Of a stretch of 64,000 nucleotides of DNA, positions 1 to 9,601 are shown piece by piece. This DNA comes from a virus. The stretch covers positions 1 to 64,000 of IMG/VR virus record IMGVR_UViG_3300025000_002059; one strand, given 5' to 3'. The first letter of the stretch is position 1; every line of letters begins with the position of its first letter. The position numbers and the translations under genes were made by a program. The notes below the pieces were generated by a model. It had not been told where the DNA came from. It worked only from the letters and a program-made list of their open reading frames with translations, and ran no database searches.

Positions 1-82
1 ATGGAACAATACCTCCAAGCTATGAGATCATCGTGGAAAAGAAGGATGATGAAATCAAAGTCAAAGCAATAAGGAAAAGTCC

Positions 83-784
83 ATGAAGACATTAGCGATT
101 ATCCCGGCTAGAAGTGGATCAAAGAGACTGGTTCAGAAAAATATGAGAGAAATTAATGGGCAGAGTTTACTGGCCCATGCAATTGATACTGCTATCCAAA
201 GCGATGTGTTCTCAGAAATCGTTGTATCGAGCGATTCGAAAGATATATTGGAGAGCGTCCAACACTTTAATAAAATCGTTTACCATCTTAGGCCACCGAG
301 TCTGAGTGGAGACACGGCTAAACTGAAGACGCTTGTCAGATATCTCATGGAACTTTATGCAGCTGAAGAAAACAAGTTCGATATTGTCGCATTGATTATA
401 CCGACTTCACCACTTCGGAGATCCGAAGATTTGAGAACGGCAGCGGCACTCATGCGAAAGAACTATGACAAAATCAATGGAGTCATGAGTGTAGTAAACA
501 TGGATCACCCACCGCAGCATACTTTCAGAATTGATTATCAGGGATACATTCAGGCGATGTACCCAGAATTCATGGACACGCAATCCCAATTCTTAGAGCA
601 GACATACATACACGATGGCACAATTATCTTCGTAAAGACAGAAAGCTTTCTGAAATATGAAGATTTTTATATGCCAAATGTGATGCCTTATTATATCAAT
701 CCGGAAAGATCCATTGACATAAACACTGAATTTGATTTAAAAATAGCTGAATTTTTAATGGGGGGAAGGAAAAGTGGGAGATAA
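83..784 (+). CDS. neuA: Acylneuraminate (nonulosonate) cytidylyltransferase, NeuA/PseF-like
   Basis: N-terminal IIPARSGSKRL..KN motif, PTSPLR, and C-terminal SIDINTEFD are typical of CMP-NeuAc synthetases. Confidence 0.88.
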   Translation: MKTLAIIPARSGSKRLVQKNMREINGQSLLAHAIDTAIQSDVFSEIVVSSDSKDILESVQHFNKIVYHLRPPSLSGDTAKLKTLVRYLMELYAAEENKFDIVALIIPTSPLRRSEDLRTAAALMRKNYDKINGVMSVVNMDHPPQHTFRIDYQGYIQAMYPEFMDTQSQFLEQTYIHDGTIIFVKTESFLKYEDFYMPNVMPYYINPERSIDINTEFDLKIAEFLMGGRKSGR

Positions 785-1004
785 GTGGGATCGAAAGACC
801 GGATTCTGCTGTGCAACATGTGCATTCTATGCGCCTAAGACTTTAGAGATCGGACGATGCCGAAGAAACGCACCAACGATGAATGGCTATCCTGTTGTTT
901 ATGCAAACCACGATTGGTGTGGGGACCACAAACTAGACACCAATCCCAGTAGGGTAAGATTTGAAGAACAGCAGAAGGAAGTTCAGCCAGAATATAATAT
1001 TTGA
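774..1004 (+). CDS. Small Cys-rich phage protein
   Basis: CxxC..GRCRRNAP..P.V..DWCG pattern; overlaps both neighbouring genes, suggesting translational coupling. Confidence 0.6.
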   Translation: MGDKWDRKTGFCCATCAFYAPKTLEIGRCRRNAPTMNGYPVVYANHDWCGDHKLDTNPSRVRFEEQQKEVQPEYNI

Positions 1005-1729
1005 GTCTGGAAAGAAGTGGATATATGAGCAATATTCTAATTGTAGCTGCGCATCCAGACGACGAAATATTAGGATGCGGCGGAATGATGGCTAGGGTTA
1101 CGCGTTCTGATTCTCAAAGAGTATCAGTCGGATATTTGAGTTACGGACTGACATCGCGCCAAGAATCAGAAACACTAGCCGAATTCGAGAAGGAAAAAGT
1201 TAAGGACCGATCACGAAATGCCATGGAAGCATTGACCGGAATATCAAAACAGGAAATGAGAAAGCATCTTAAATTTGCCAATTTTCCAGACAATAAATTT
1301 GATACAGTGCCACTTCTTGACATAGTAAAGCAAATTGAGAAGTGGATACAGGAAATAAAACCAGATATTATATTCACGCATTCGCAGAAGGATCTAAATA
1401 TTGACCATTGTCTAACGCACCGAGCGGTCCTCACGGCAACACGACCAATTAAGGGAAACCACAGTGTCAAGACGATTTATTCTTTTTCAATTCCATCGAG
1501 CACAGAGTGGACATTTGGGGCATTCGGAGTATTCGCTCCAAATATCTTTGTAGACATTACCGGAATGACAGCAGCTAAAGCTAAAGCATTAAAATGCTAC
1601 GATACAGAGATTAGACAATTTCCACATCCACGATCGGAAGAATATATGCATTTCCAAGCTTTTTATATGGGTTCGATCGTTGGAATGGATGAAGCAGAAG
1701 GATATGAAATGGTTAGAGGGTTTATTTAA
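1001..1729 (+). CDS. PIG-L/LmbE family N-acetyl-sugar deacetylase
   Basis: AAHPDDE and DLNIDH motifs; likely start is MSNILIV at about 1025. Confidence 0.88.
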   Translation: MSLERSGYMSNILIVAAHPDDEILGCGGMMARVTRSDSQRVSVGYLSYGLTSRQESETLAEFEKEKVKDRSRNAMEALTGISKQEMRKHLKFANFPDNKFDTVPLLDIVKQIEKWIQEIKPDIIFTHSQKDLNIDHCLTHRAVLTATRPIKGNHSVKTIYSFSIPSSTEWTFGAFGVFAPNIFVDITGMTAAKAKALKCYDTEIRQFPHPRSEEYMHFQAFYMGSIVGMDEAEGYEMVRGFI

Positions 1730-1871
1730 AAATTTAGTGGGGGCGGTTCTAAAGGATCCACGAATAGCTTCCGCACTAGTTGGATTCTTGAGTGACGCTA
1801 GGGGGACTGCAGCGCAATAAGCCGGGCAGAGATGCGCACATTAAATCTTCTCAATTTGTGGAGATGAAATT

Positions 1872-3203
1872 TTGAGAAAATTAGTAGAGAAACTTAGATT
1901 GTTGAGTAGCAGGCAGAAAGAAGAGATTATAAAGAAATTATCAGACGAAGAAATCCTTGCTCTTTATTATGATTGGGAAGGAGTGTGGTCAAGACCTAGT
2001 CAAGTTGAGCCAGCTGGAGACTGGACATACTGGTTGATTCTTGCTGGTAGGGGATGGGGAAAGACCAAAACAGCAGCAGAATGGATTAGAAAAAGGGTTT
2101 GCACATTAGAGTCAAAACACATCGCACTCGTAGCACCAAGGGCATCGGACATTAGGGACATCATGATAGAGGGACCAAGCGGAATCCTTAATGTATTTCC
2201 ACCAAATCAAAGACCAAACTATGAGCCATCAAAAAGAAAGATCACATTCCATACCGGGGCAGTAGCCATAACATACTCCGGAGATGAGCCGGACCAATTG
2301 CGGGGACCAAATGTGGATACAGCATGGGTCGATGAATTAGCCAGTATCCCAAAACAAGAGCAAGTCCTAGATATGATTGCTTTCTGTTTGAGGATTGGTG
2401 TTAACCCAAGGTGTGTGATAACCACTACGCCAAGACCAACGAGAACGATCAAACGATTAATCCGGGAAGATAATACTTGCATAACGAGAGGGTCCACCTT
2501 TGAAAACAGAGATAACTTATCGACTGTTTTTTTTAGTTCAATCATTGAACGCTATAAAAATACTAGGATTGGAAAGCAAGAATTATATGGAGAAATTCTA
2601 GATGACAATCCAAAGGCTTTATGGAAAGAGAAAATAATCGAGGAATCACGAGTTATAAAGCATCCGGAATTAAGAAGGATTGTAATCGGAGTCGATCCAG
2701 CCGCCACAGCTAATAAAAATTCTGATGAAACAGGAATTATCGCGGTTGGAAAAGGGAATGATGGTCATTTTTATATCTTGGATGATAAGTCATTGAAGGA
2801 CAGTCCAGCCGGATGGGGGAAGGCTGTCGTTTCTGTTTATTATAAATACAAGGCAGATAGAGTCATAGGTGAAGTCAATCAAGGCGGGGATATGGTCGAA
2901 TATGTGCTCAAGACCATCGATAGATATGTGAGTTTCAAAGCAATCCATGCGTCAAGGGGAAAAAAGTTAAGAGCGGAGCCAATAGCAGCACTTTATGAGC
3001 AGCATAAATGCCATCATGTAGGTACATTTCCGGACCTCGAAACTCAAATGACAAACTGGGATCCGGAGAATGATGTAGAGTCACCTGATCGAGTCGATGC
3101 TTTGTGTTGGGCTATCTGGGAACTAATGGACGGTCCCAAGAAACTAAGCAAATACAATCCATCTGGAATCGAGGACTTTAAACGAGAGAGTCCTCATATT
3201 TAA
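1872..3203 (+). CDS. terL: Terminase large subunit
   Basis: Walker A AGRGWGKT, Walker B AWVDE, TTTP coupling motif, RNase H-like GVDPA..SDETG and SPDRVDA. Confidence 0.95.
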   Translation: MRKLVEKLRLLSSRQKEEIIKKLSDEEILALYYDWEGVWSRPSQVEPAGDWTYWLILAGRGWGKTKTAAEWIRKRVCTLESKHIALVAPRASDIRDIMIEGPSGILNVFPPNQRPNYEPSKRKITFHTGAVAITYSGDEPDQLRGPNVDTAWVDELASIPKQEQVLDMIAFCLRIGVNPRCVITTTPRPTRTIKRLIREDNTCITRGSTFENRDNLSTVFFSSIIERYKNTRIGKQELYGEILDDNPKALWKEKIIEESRVIKHPELRRIVIGVDPAATANKNSDETGIIAVGKGNDGHFYILDDKSLKDSPAGWGKAVVSVYYKYKADRVIGEVNQGGDMVEYVLKTIDRYVSFKAIHASRGKKLRAEPIAALYEQHKCHHVGTFPDLETQMTNWDPENDVESPDRVDALCWAIWELMDGPKKLSKYNPSGIEDFKRESPHI

Positions 3204-3247
3204 ATTTTGGGCAAAATTGAAAATGATTTACAAAAGGAGTTGAGGTA

Positions 3248-3457
3248 ATGGATAAGCTATTAGAACACTGGCAAGCCATGGCGGTTATAGTACTTGAGGA
3301 AAGACAGATAGAAAAAGAGTGTTTGCGAACCAACATTAAGATTGATGTTGTCAAGCGGATAGCCGATTCAACGTCATGGTCCTTAAGGAAATCATTTGAA
3401 TTTTGCCTTCGCGAGAAGGAGGGAAATCAAAGATGGCCCTGCCAAATGATCCTTTAA
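3248..3457 (+). CDS. Hypothetical protein
   Basis: ORF with GAGG RBS between terminase and portal. Confidence 0.4.
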   Translation: MDKLLEHWQAMAVIVLEERQIEKECLRTNIKIDVVKRIADSTSWSLRKSFEFCLREKEGNQRWPCQMIL

Positions 3458-4758
3458 ACAAAAACGTAGGTAATCAGAAGATCACGCCACAGATCGCCAC
3501 AAGGGAACTTGGCCGGACAGGACTTATTGAATATGATGGCTATGTTTATGAAGAACAATTAAGGCAGTTATCCAGCTTTGACGTAAGGGTCCGAGTTTAC
3601 CGGGAAATGTCTGAAAACGATAGTGTTATCGGAGCAATTTTATTTGTCATTGATATGCTTATTAGACAGGTAACATGGCGGGTTCAGGCCGGGGGTGGAA
3701 CTCCAGAGGATGAAGAAGCAAAGAAATTTCTGGAAAGTTGTTTACAGGATATGTCCTCGACATGGGAAGATACCATATCGGAGATCATGTCCTTTTTAGT
3801 TTATGGGTTTTCATACCATGAAATCGTTTACAAAAGGCGGCTGGGAGAAAATAAAGATCCAACTAAGAATAGTCGTTTTAATGATGGCCGGATAGGATGG
3901 AGAAAAATACCTATCAGAGCACAAGAAACTCTATGGCGCTGGCTATTTGATGATGAAGGCGGCATTCATGGGATGGTTCAGCTTCCACCACCGGATTATA
4001 GAATAAGAACCATACCCATTGAAAAAGCTTTATTATTCAGAACAGCCATCCATAAAAATAACCCAGAAGGACGATCAATCTTAAGAATTGCCTATCGCAC
4101 ATGGTATATAAAAAAGCGAATAGAAACATTTGAAGCCATCGGAATTGAGCGGGAATTGGCCGGATATCCAGTGGTTTATGTTCCGGTTGAATGGACGGAC
4201 ATTAATGCAACACAAGGTGAAAAAGATGCTTATGCCCAAATGAAAAAGCTCGTTACCAACATAAGACGCGATGAACAAGAAGGTGCCGTTCTTCCTGCGA
4301 TTTATGATGAGCAAAATAATCAGTTGGTGCGCTTGGAACTTTTAACGAGCGGCGGTCGAAGGAACTTTGATACAAGCCAAATTATAACAAGACTAGATCA
4401 ACGACTTGCCATGACTGTTATGGCAGATTTCATACTTTTGGGGACAGCAACACCGAATGGTAGCTTTGCACTGAGTGCAGATAAGACGCGACTCTTCAGT
4501 ATGGCATTGGGAACATGGCTGGATTCAATAGCCGCAACCTTCAATCGCTATGCAATCCCAAGACTATTCTCACTCAATAATTTCAAGTTAGAGAAACTTC
4601 CAACATTGGAACATGCCGATATTGATAATCCAGACCTTAAGGATCTTGGAGAGTATCTTGGTAAGCTGGCAGGGGCCGGAGCTCCTTTATTCCCAGATGA
4701 GGACCTAGAAGATTATCTCAGGGAAGTCGCTGGGATGCCACTTACTAAAAAGGAATGA
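3433..4758 (+). CDS. Portal protein (DUF935/Mu gp29-like)
   Basis: Position after TerL, size, and YGFSYHEIVY and NPEGRSILR motifs. Confidence 0.85.
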   Translation: MALPNDPLNKNVGNQKITPQIATRELGRTGLIEYDGYVYEEQLRQLSSFDVRVRVYREMSENDSVIGAILFVIDMLIRQVTWRVQAGGGTPEDEEAKKFLESCLQDMSSTWEDTISEIMSFLVYGFSYHEIVYKRRLGENKDPTKNSRFNDGRIGWRKIPIRAQETLWRWLFDDEGGIHGMVQLPPPDYRIRTIPIEKALLFRTAIHKNNPEGRSILRIAYRTWYIKKRIETFEAIGIERELAGYPVVYVPVEWTDINATQGEKDAYAQMKKLVTNIRRDEQEGAVLPAIYDEQNNQLVRLELLTSGGRRNFDTSQIITRLDQRLAMTVMADFILLGTATPNGSFALSADKTRLFSMALGTWLDSIAATFNRYAIPRLFSLNNFKLEKLPTLEHADIDNPDLKDLGEYLGKLAGAGAPLFPDEDLEDYLREVAGMPLTKKE

Positions 4759-5681
4759 CGGTCATGTTTATATTTAGAGAGCCGAAAATTATCGAGATTT
4801 ACAAAGAGCGAGCAGAAGATATTGAATGGAGATCATTGCATGGGATAGCGGATCAGGCAAAGCCGGAGATGATCGAAGCATTCCAAAAAGCCGTAGAGCG
4901 GACCAAAGCCGATATGAATCTTACTGAATTAGAGCAAGCAATGCTGATAGCTAATGTGGAAATTGCTCTTAATACTATTCCGTGGGAAACATTTATTTCT
5001 GAACTTGCCAGTATAGGGATAATTTATAAGACTATCTTTGATAGGGCGGGAAATAAATCAATCGATTATCTGCCGGATGATATAGAACTTAAGGCAAGTT
5101 TTAATACTTTAAATCCTAAATCCTTGGATTATATTAAAGATCACACAGGGGAATTAATTGTGGAAATAACTGAGCAAACCCAATTAGCAGTAAGAGCAAT
5201 AATCAATGATGCGTTTATTGAAGGGTTACATCCTTATCAGTCCGCAAGGGAAATCAAAAAAATTGTTGGACTTACTGAGCGCCAAGCAAAAGCGGTCAAC
5301 AATCTCCGAAAGAGTTTGATTATCCAGAAATTATCAGACAAAGTTATCGAACAAAGAACGAAGGCGTATGCTCGCAGATTGCTTATTTACAGATCAAATA
5401 ATATTGCGAGAACCGAGACAATCAATGCAGCAAATAGAGGGCAACAAGCGCTATGGGAACAAACTGAGGAACAAGGATTAATTAATAGGGCAACGGCAAG
5501 ACGCAAATGGATTACAACACCAGATGATCGTTTGTGTCAGTGGTGTAAGTCATTGGATGGAAAAATAGTGGGGTTAGGTGAAGAATTTGGAACACCAATC
5601 ATTTCAGGGATCAATTATACAGCGCTCACACCAACCTTACATCCGAGTTGTAGGTGTGCACTTGGCCTAGTTTTTATCTAA
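4755..5681 (+). CDS. Head morphogenesis protein (Mu gpF/SPP1 gp7 family)
   Basis: IARTET, KWITTPDDRLCQWC..LDG and HPSCRC motifs. Confidence 0.9.
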   Translation: MTVMFIFREPKIIEIYKERAEDIEWRSLHGIADQAKPEMIEAFQKAVERTKADMNLTELEQAMLIANVEIALNTIPWETFISELASIGIIYKTIFDRAGNKSIDYLPDDIELKASFNTLNPKSLDYIKDHTGELIVEITEQTQLAVRAIINDAFIEGLHPYQSAREIKKIVGLTERQAKAVNNLRKSLIIQKLSDKVIEQRTKAYARRLLIYRSNNIARTETINAANRGQQALWEQTEEQGLINRATARRKWITTPDDRLCQWCKSLDGKIVGLGEEFGTPIISGINYTALTPTLHPSCRCALGLVFI

Positions 5682-5721
5682 AATTAAAAAACCATATTTA
5701 TTTTAGGGGGGTAAAATTTTT

Positions 5722-5997
5722 ATGGGAACACAGGACCATATTCTAAAAAGAACGATTGCTGAAGCTCATTATATCATCGAGAATCGAGCAACCATACGTG
5801 AAACGGCAGCAGCTTTCAATGTTAGTAAGAGCACCGTCCACAGAGACGTTAAAAAATTTCTAGAGGAATTAGATCTTAATTTATATGGTAAAGTTATCCA
5901 TATTATAGACATCAATCTTTCAGAGCGACATATGCGAGGTGGGGAAGCAAACAAGCAGAAGTCGATTGAGCGTCATGCAAAGGCCGTTAATCGATGA
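5722..5997 (+). CDS. spoIIID: Sporulation transcription regulator SpoIIID homologue
   Basis: YIIENRATIRETAAAFNVSKSTVHRD and N.SERHMRGGEANK match the SpoIIID signature. Confidence 0.88.
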   Translation: MGTQDHILKRTIAEAHYIIENRATIRETAAAFNVSKSTVHRDVKKFLEELDLNLYGKVIHIIDINLSERHMRGGEANKQKSIERHAKAVNR

Positions 5998-6350
5998 AGT
6001 ATCCGCCAATTATTGCAGTGGATTTCGATGGGACGATTACCAAGGAAAATGACTTTCCAAACTTAGGTGAACTTATGCCGGGGGCTAAAGAAGTCATAAA
6101 CGAATTACATTCATACGGATGCATTATCATTTTATGGACCTGTAGAACTGACAGTTATCTTGAACAAGCCATAAACTATTGCAACCAATGTGGAATTCAT
6201 ATTGACTATGCGAATCAGAACTATCCATCCATTCAGGGATATGCATACCCCAAAATATATGCCGATTATTATATCGATGATCTAAATATCGGGGGATTCC
6301 CCGGATGGCACAATGTCCGAGAAACCATATTCCAACGAGAGGGGTTTTGA
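5994..6350 (+). CDS. HAD-superfamily phosphatase-like protein
   Basis: IIAVDFDGTI, ILWTCR and KIYADYYIDD motifs. Confidence 0.8.
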   Translation: MKYPPIIAVDFDGTITKENDFPNLGELMPGAKEVINELHSYGCIIILWTCRTDSYLEQAINYCNQCGIHIDYANQNYPSIQGYAYPKIYADYYIDDLNIGGFPGWHNVRETIFQREGF

Positions 6351-6612
6351 TGGGCAAATGAGCGCTCTTAAAGTAAGTGTGGTATGTAGTTCATCAATTA
6401 TTCTTGAGTCCAAGAACCAAGCGATTGTAGACGACCTACTGAGAAAACCCATTATTCACCCGAGCACCATAAATCTAAAAGCGGTTAGATGTCCATACTG
6501 TAATAATTTACTTGGATTTCTGGATGGAACTGCTCAAATAAAATGCTATAAATGTAAATTCATACACCTTGAGGAAACTAGAGTCGCGCCGACGACCAAC
6601 GCATTGATTTAA
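6313..6612 (+). CDS. Mu Com-like zinc-binding regulator
   Basis: VRCPYCNNLLG..IKCYKCK; true start uncertain. Confidence 0.55.
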   Translation: MSEKPYSNERGFDGQMSALKVSVVCSSSIILESKNQAIVDDLLRKPIIHPSTINLKAVRCPYCNNLLGFLDGTAQIKCYKCKFIHLEETRVAPTTNALI

Positions 6613-6616
6613 AAAA

Positions 6617-8125
6617 ATGTGTTTGGTTTGTCGGCGTATTTTTGTTTTAAGGAGGAAGAGAGAGTTGCACGTTAAAGATTATGTAGATGCGATATTTAAT
6701 TCATTAAGAAATCTTTTATCAGATGATGAGATCAGCAAAATTGACAAAACAGAATTAATAAAAGATGTGTTACTCAACATAGAAAAAAAAGTATTACCAT
6801 TCGGAGATTTGCCACTTGCTGATAGGGATAGAGAGTGGGATGGTTCAGGAGCTGAAAGTAATATTCGCGAATGGGCCGGAGGCAAAGATAATTTGGATTG
6901 GGCAAAATATGGCAAAGGATTCTTGTGGGTTAATGATGAGGACAGGGAAAAGTTTGGTAGTTATAAATTTCCGATTGCCGATGTGATCGATGGAAAATTG
7001 ATTGCTATACCGAGGGGAATATTTGCAGCTGCTGGTGTTTTGAGTGGTGCTAGGTTAGAAGGTGGCGTGGGCCAATTAAATGTGCCAAAGGAAGACATAC
7101 AGGGCTTAAAGGATCATGTCGATAAGTACTATGCCAAGATGAGGAAAGAATGGGATGACGATAAGTTAGTTAGTCCGTTCAAGGAAAAACAAGTATTGGA
7201 AAAATTGATTGATTATAATCCAATGGTTCCTAGTTTTGGGAAGGTTAATTGTGAGATTGCATTTGTGGGGGCATCTCCGGGTAAGATTGAGTCGATAAGA
7301 GGTGAACCTTTCGTTGGACCGTCCGGTGAGACATTTAATGAGTTGTATCTTGGGCCATTAGGATTAAAGCGTGACGATATATTCCTTACTAATGTTGTGC
7401 CAGATTTACTAGTTGACGATATGGGCAATGCGAGAGAACCAAATAATAGGGAAGTTAGTGCTTGGAGCGGGTGGCTTGATGGCGAGATAGAACGATCTAA
7501 TCCTAAAGTTATTGTTGCTCTAGGAAAAATCGCAAAGAAAGCTCTTGGTGAAGACGTTGATTTTGTTTTGCCACATCCGATAGCTATCCGGAAGTATAGT
7601 AATTCAGGAGAAGTTGGAAGGAAGATAAAGCAAATCAAGTTAAAACTTGATGAAATTAACAAAGGTTTGCCTAGTGTTAATGATGTTCATGTACAAAGTA
7701 CAAGTTGGAAAAGACCAAGAAGGACACAGAAATCAGATAATCATTATAAAGATTATGCCGATATATTTAAGGCTGATGATGAAAAGCACCTTATTTATGG
7801 TGTAGTCTTAGAACCCGGTAGTGTCGATGCCCAGAATGATACTATAAGTGCAGAAGAAATTGAACGAGTGGCGCATGTTTATCTCCAAAATTCTAGAATT
7901 GTTGGCAATGGCCATAGATCAAAGGCGAAAGCTGATGTGGTCGAAAGTTTTATAGCGCCGATAAACTATGAATTTGGAAATCAAAAAATTACTAAGGGAA
8001 CATGGGTTATGGTAGTTAAAGTCAATGATGATAAATTATGGGAAGGTGTTAAGGAAAAATTGTATACAGGGTTCTCTATTGGCGGCTTTTCAAAGAGGAT
8101 TCTGGTGAATGAGCCAGCCAATTAA
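6617..8125 (+). CDS. Prohead protease (XkdF-like C-terminal domain) fused to a uracil-DNA glycosylase family-4-like domain
   Basis: Central FVGASPG..E...GEPFVGPSG, FLTNVV, PKVIVALGKIA and LPHP; C-terminal YGVVLEP..DAQND, VVESFIAP, GTWV and TGFSIGG. Confidence 0.75.
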   Translation: MCLVCRRIFVLRRKRELHVKDYVDAIFNSLRNLLSDDEISKIDKTELIKDVLLNIEKKVLPFGDLPLADRDREWDGSGAESNIREWAGGKDNLDWAKYGKGFLWVNDEDREKFGSYKFPIADVIDGKLIAIPRGIFAAAGVLSGARLEGGVGQLNVPKEDIQGLKDHVDKYYAKMRKEWDDDKLVSPFKEKQVLEKLIDYNPMVPSFGKVNCEIAFVGASPGKIESIRGEPFVGPSGETFNELYLGPLGLKRDDIFLTNVVPDLLVDDMGNAREPNNREVSAWSGWLDGEIERSNPKVIVALGKIAKKALGEDVDFVLPHPIAIRKYSNSGEVGRKIKQIKLKLDEINKGLPSVNDVHVQSTSWKRPRRTQKSDNHYKDYADIFKADDEKHLIYGVVLEPGSVDAQNDTISAEEIERVAHVYLQNSRIVGNGHRSKAKADVVESFIAPINYEFGNQKITKGTWVMVVKVNDDKLWEGVKEKLYTGFSIGGFSKRILVNEPAN

Positions 8126-9056
8126 GGATGGTGAGCATCAAATGTTAATCAATGAATTAAAAGATCTCAACGTGGAAGAAGTTTCGCTTGTAGGAAAACC
8201 CGCAAATCAAAGAAAATTTCTTTTATTAAAAAATCAAGAAGAAGGGAGCTGTAATGCAGAAATGTTAAATGAAATTTTAAAGTCTCTTAGTGAATTGGAT
8301 ATTGATCTTGAAAATGAGGAATCGCTTGAGAAAACAATGAAGGCTATGAAGTTAGATACTAATGCCGTTAAGGCCGTTAAGGGTGCGCTGAAATTGATGG
8401 AGGCGTATAAAGAGCAGATTCCAAAAGGGATTTTGGATAAACTCATGTCGATGATGATGGAGTATGAAGAGGGAATGGATTATATGGAACATTCCCAAAA
8501 AGAAAAAATGGGGGCAGGAAAGGAGAAAGAGAAAGGTATGGGCATGAATCCAGAAAAGAAAATTAAAAAGGAAGATGGCTCATTGGATTTGAGTGCTATT
8601 CCAGAAGAATCCCGCGAATTGGTCCAGATGTTATGGAAAGAACAGGAGACAGCGGTTAAGAAAGCTCAGGAATTAGAAACGATTCTTAAAGCGGAACGCG
8701 AAATAAGGATTGCTAAAGAGTTCTTAGATCGTGGGATTGCCTTCCCGAATATTGGGACAGCAGAAGCTGTTGGATCGGTTCTCAGGAAAGCCTACGATGT
8801 TTCCGAGGATTATGGAAAGCAACTAGAAGGTATCCTGAAAGATGCAAATACCAAGATCGAAAAGTCCGAGCTTTTTGTTGAAAAAGGTTCAAATGCAAGA
8901 TCATCGGCAGATACAACTTGGGCCAAGATTGAAGAACTGGCCAAGGGAATTGTCATCAAGGGTGAAGGTCAAACTATGGCGCAGGCGATCGATAGAGTTC
9001 TGGCCGAAAATCCAAAACTCTATGATGAGTACACCAAAGAAAGGAGCGGAAAATAA
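8109..9056 (+). CDS. Capsid scaffolding protein
   Basis: N-terminal EVSLV.KPAN, acidic coiled coil, located between protease and capsid genes. Confidence 0.65.
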   Translation: MSQPIKDGEHQMLINELKDLNVEEVSLVGKPANQRKFLLLKNQEEGSCNAEMLNEILKSLSELDIDLENEESLEKTMKAMKLDTNAVKAVKGALKLMEAYKEQIPKGILDKLMSMMMEYEEGMDYMEHSQKEKMGAGKEKEKGMGMNPEKKIKKEDGSLDLSAIPEESRELVQMLWKEQETAVKKAQELETILKAEREIRIAKEFLDRGIAFPNIGTAEAVGSVLRKAYDVSEDYGKQLEGILKDANTKIEKSELFVEKGSNARSSADTTWAKIEELAKGIVIKGEGQTMAQAIDRVLAENPKLYDEYTKERSGK

Positions 9057-9442
9057 TGGGATACGATATCAAAAATTTGAGCTTTTCATTGATTGCATCT
9101 AGCAGTATGCAAAATCGGCAATATCAGGGTGTTAGAGCTTCGACAGCCGCAGATTATTTTGCTATTGGGGCAACAACTGCTGCAATTACGCCTGTTGGTA
9201 TTTTGCAGAATAATCCCCTCACTGGAGAAGCGGGTGAAATTTGGATACCGGGATGTATTTCCAAGATTGCATGTAGAAGTGCATTGAATCCGGGAAGTAA
9301 TTTCTGGATTGCAAACAATGGATTAGCTTATAGTACGGCTGCCATTCCTGCTAAAACATCAATGTATGGGCCTGTTCTTGTTGCTTCTGCATCTAGCGGA
9401 ATTGCTACTGTTGCTTTCTCGGCAGTAGGGATGACAACTTAA
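9056..9442 (+). CDS. Head decoration/cement protein
   Basis: 128 aa, Ala/Gly-rich, GILQNNP..GE motif, immediately upstream of the capsid gene. Confidence 0.65.
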   Translation: MGYDIKNLSFSLIASSSMQNRQYQGVRASTAADYFAIGATTAAITPVGILQNNPLTGEAGEIWIPGCISKIACRSALNPGSNFWIANNGLAYSTAAIPAKTSMYGPVLVASASSGIATVAFSAVGMTT

Positions 9443-9601
9443 TTCCGGTTTGATTTAAAAAATTTAATATTTTTGCACGGTCAAGGCTTTTGCCTAGATT
9501 ACTGAACCCCCCCAGTAAGACCGTGCTTTTTGTTTGCCAATTTTTCAACACAGGGGGTTTTTTATTATCCGATTTTAGTTAAGTAAACATGAACAGAAGG
9601 A

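Noticed and set aside
1735-1865. GC-rich intergenic segment before terL, possibly a tRNA or packaging RNA
   Set aside because: No cloverleaf or T-loop, only weak stems; insufficient support
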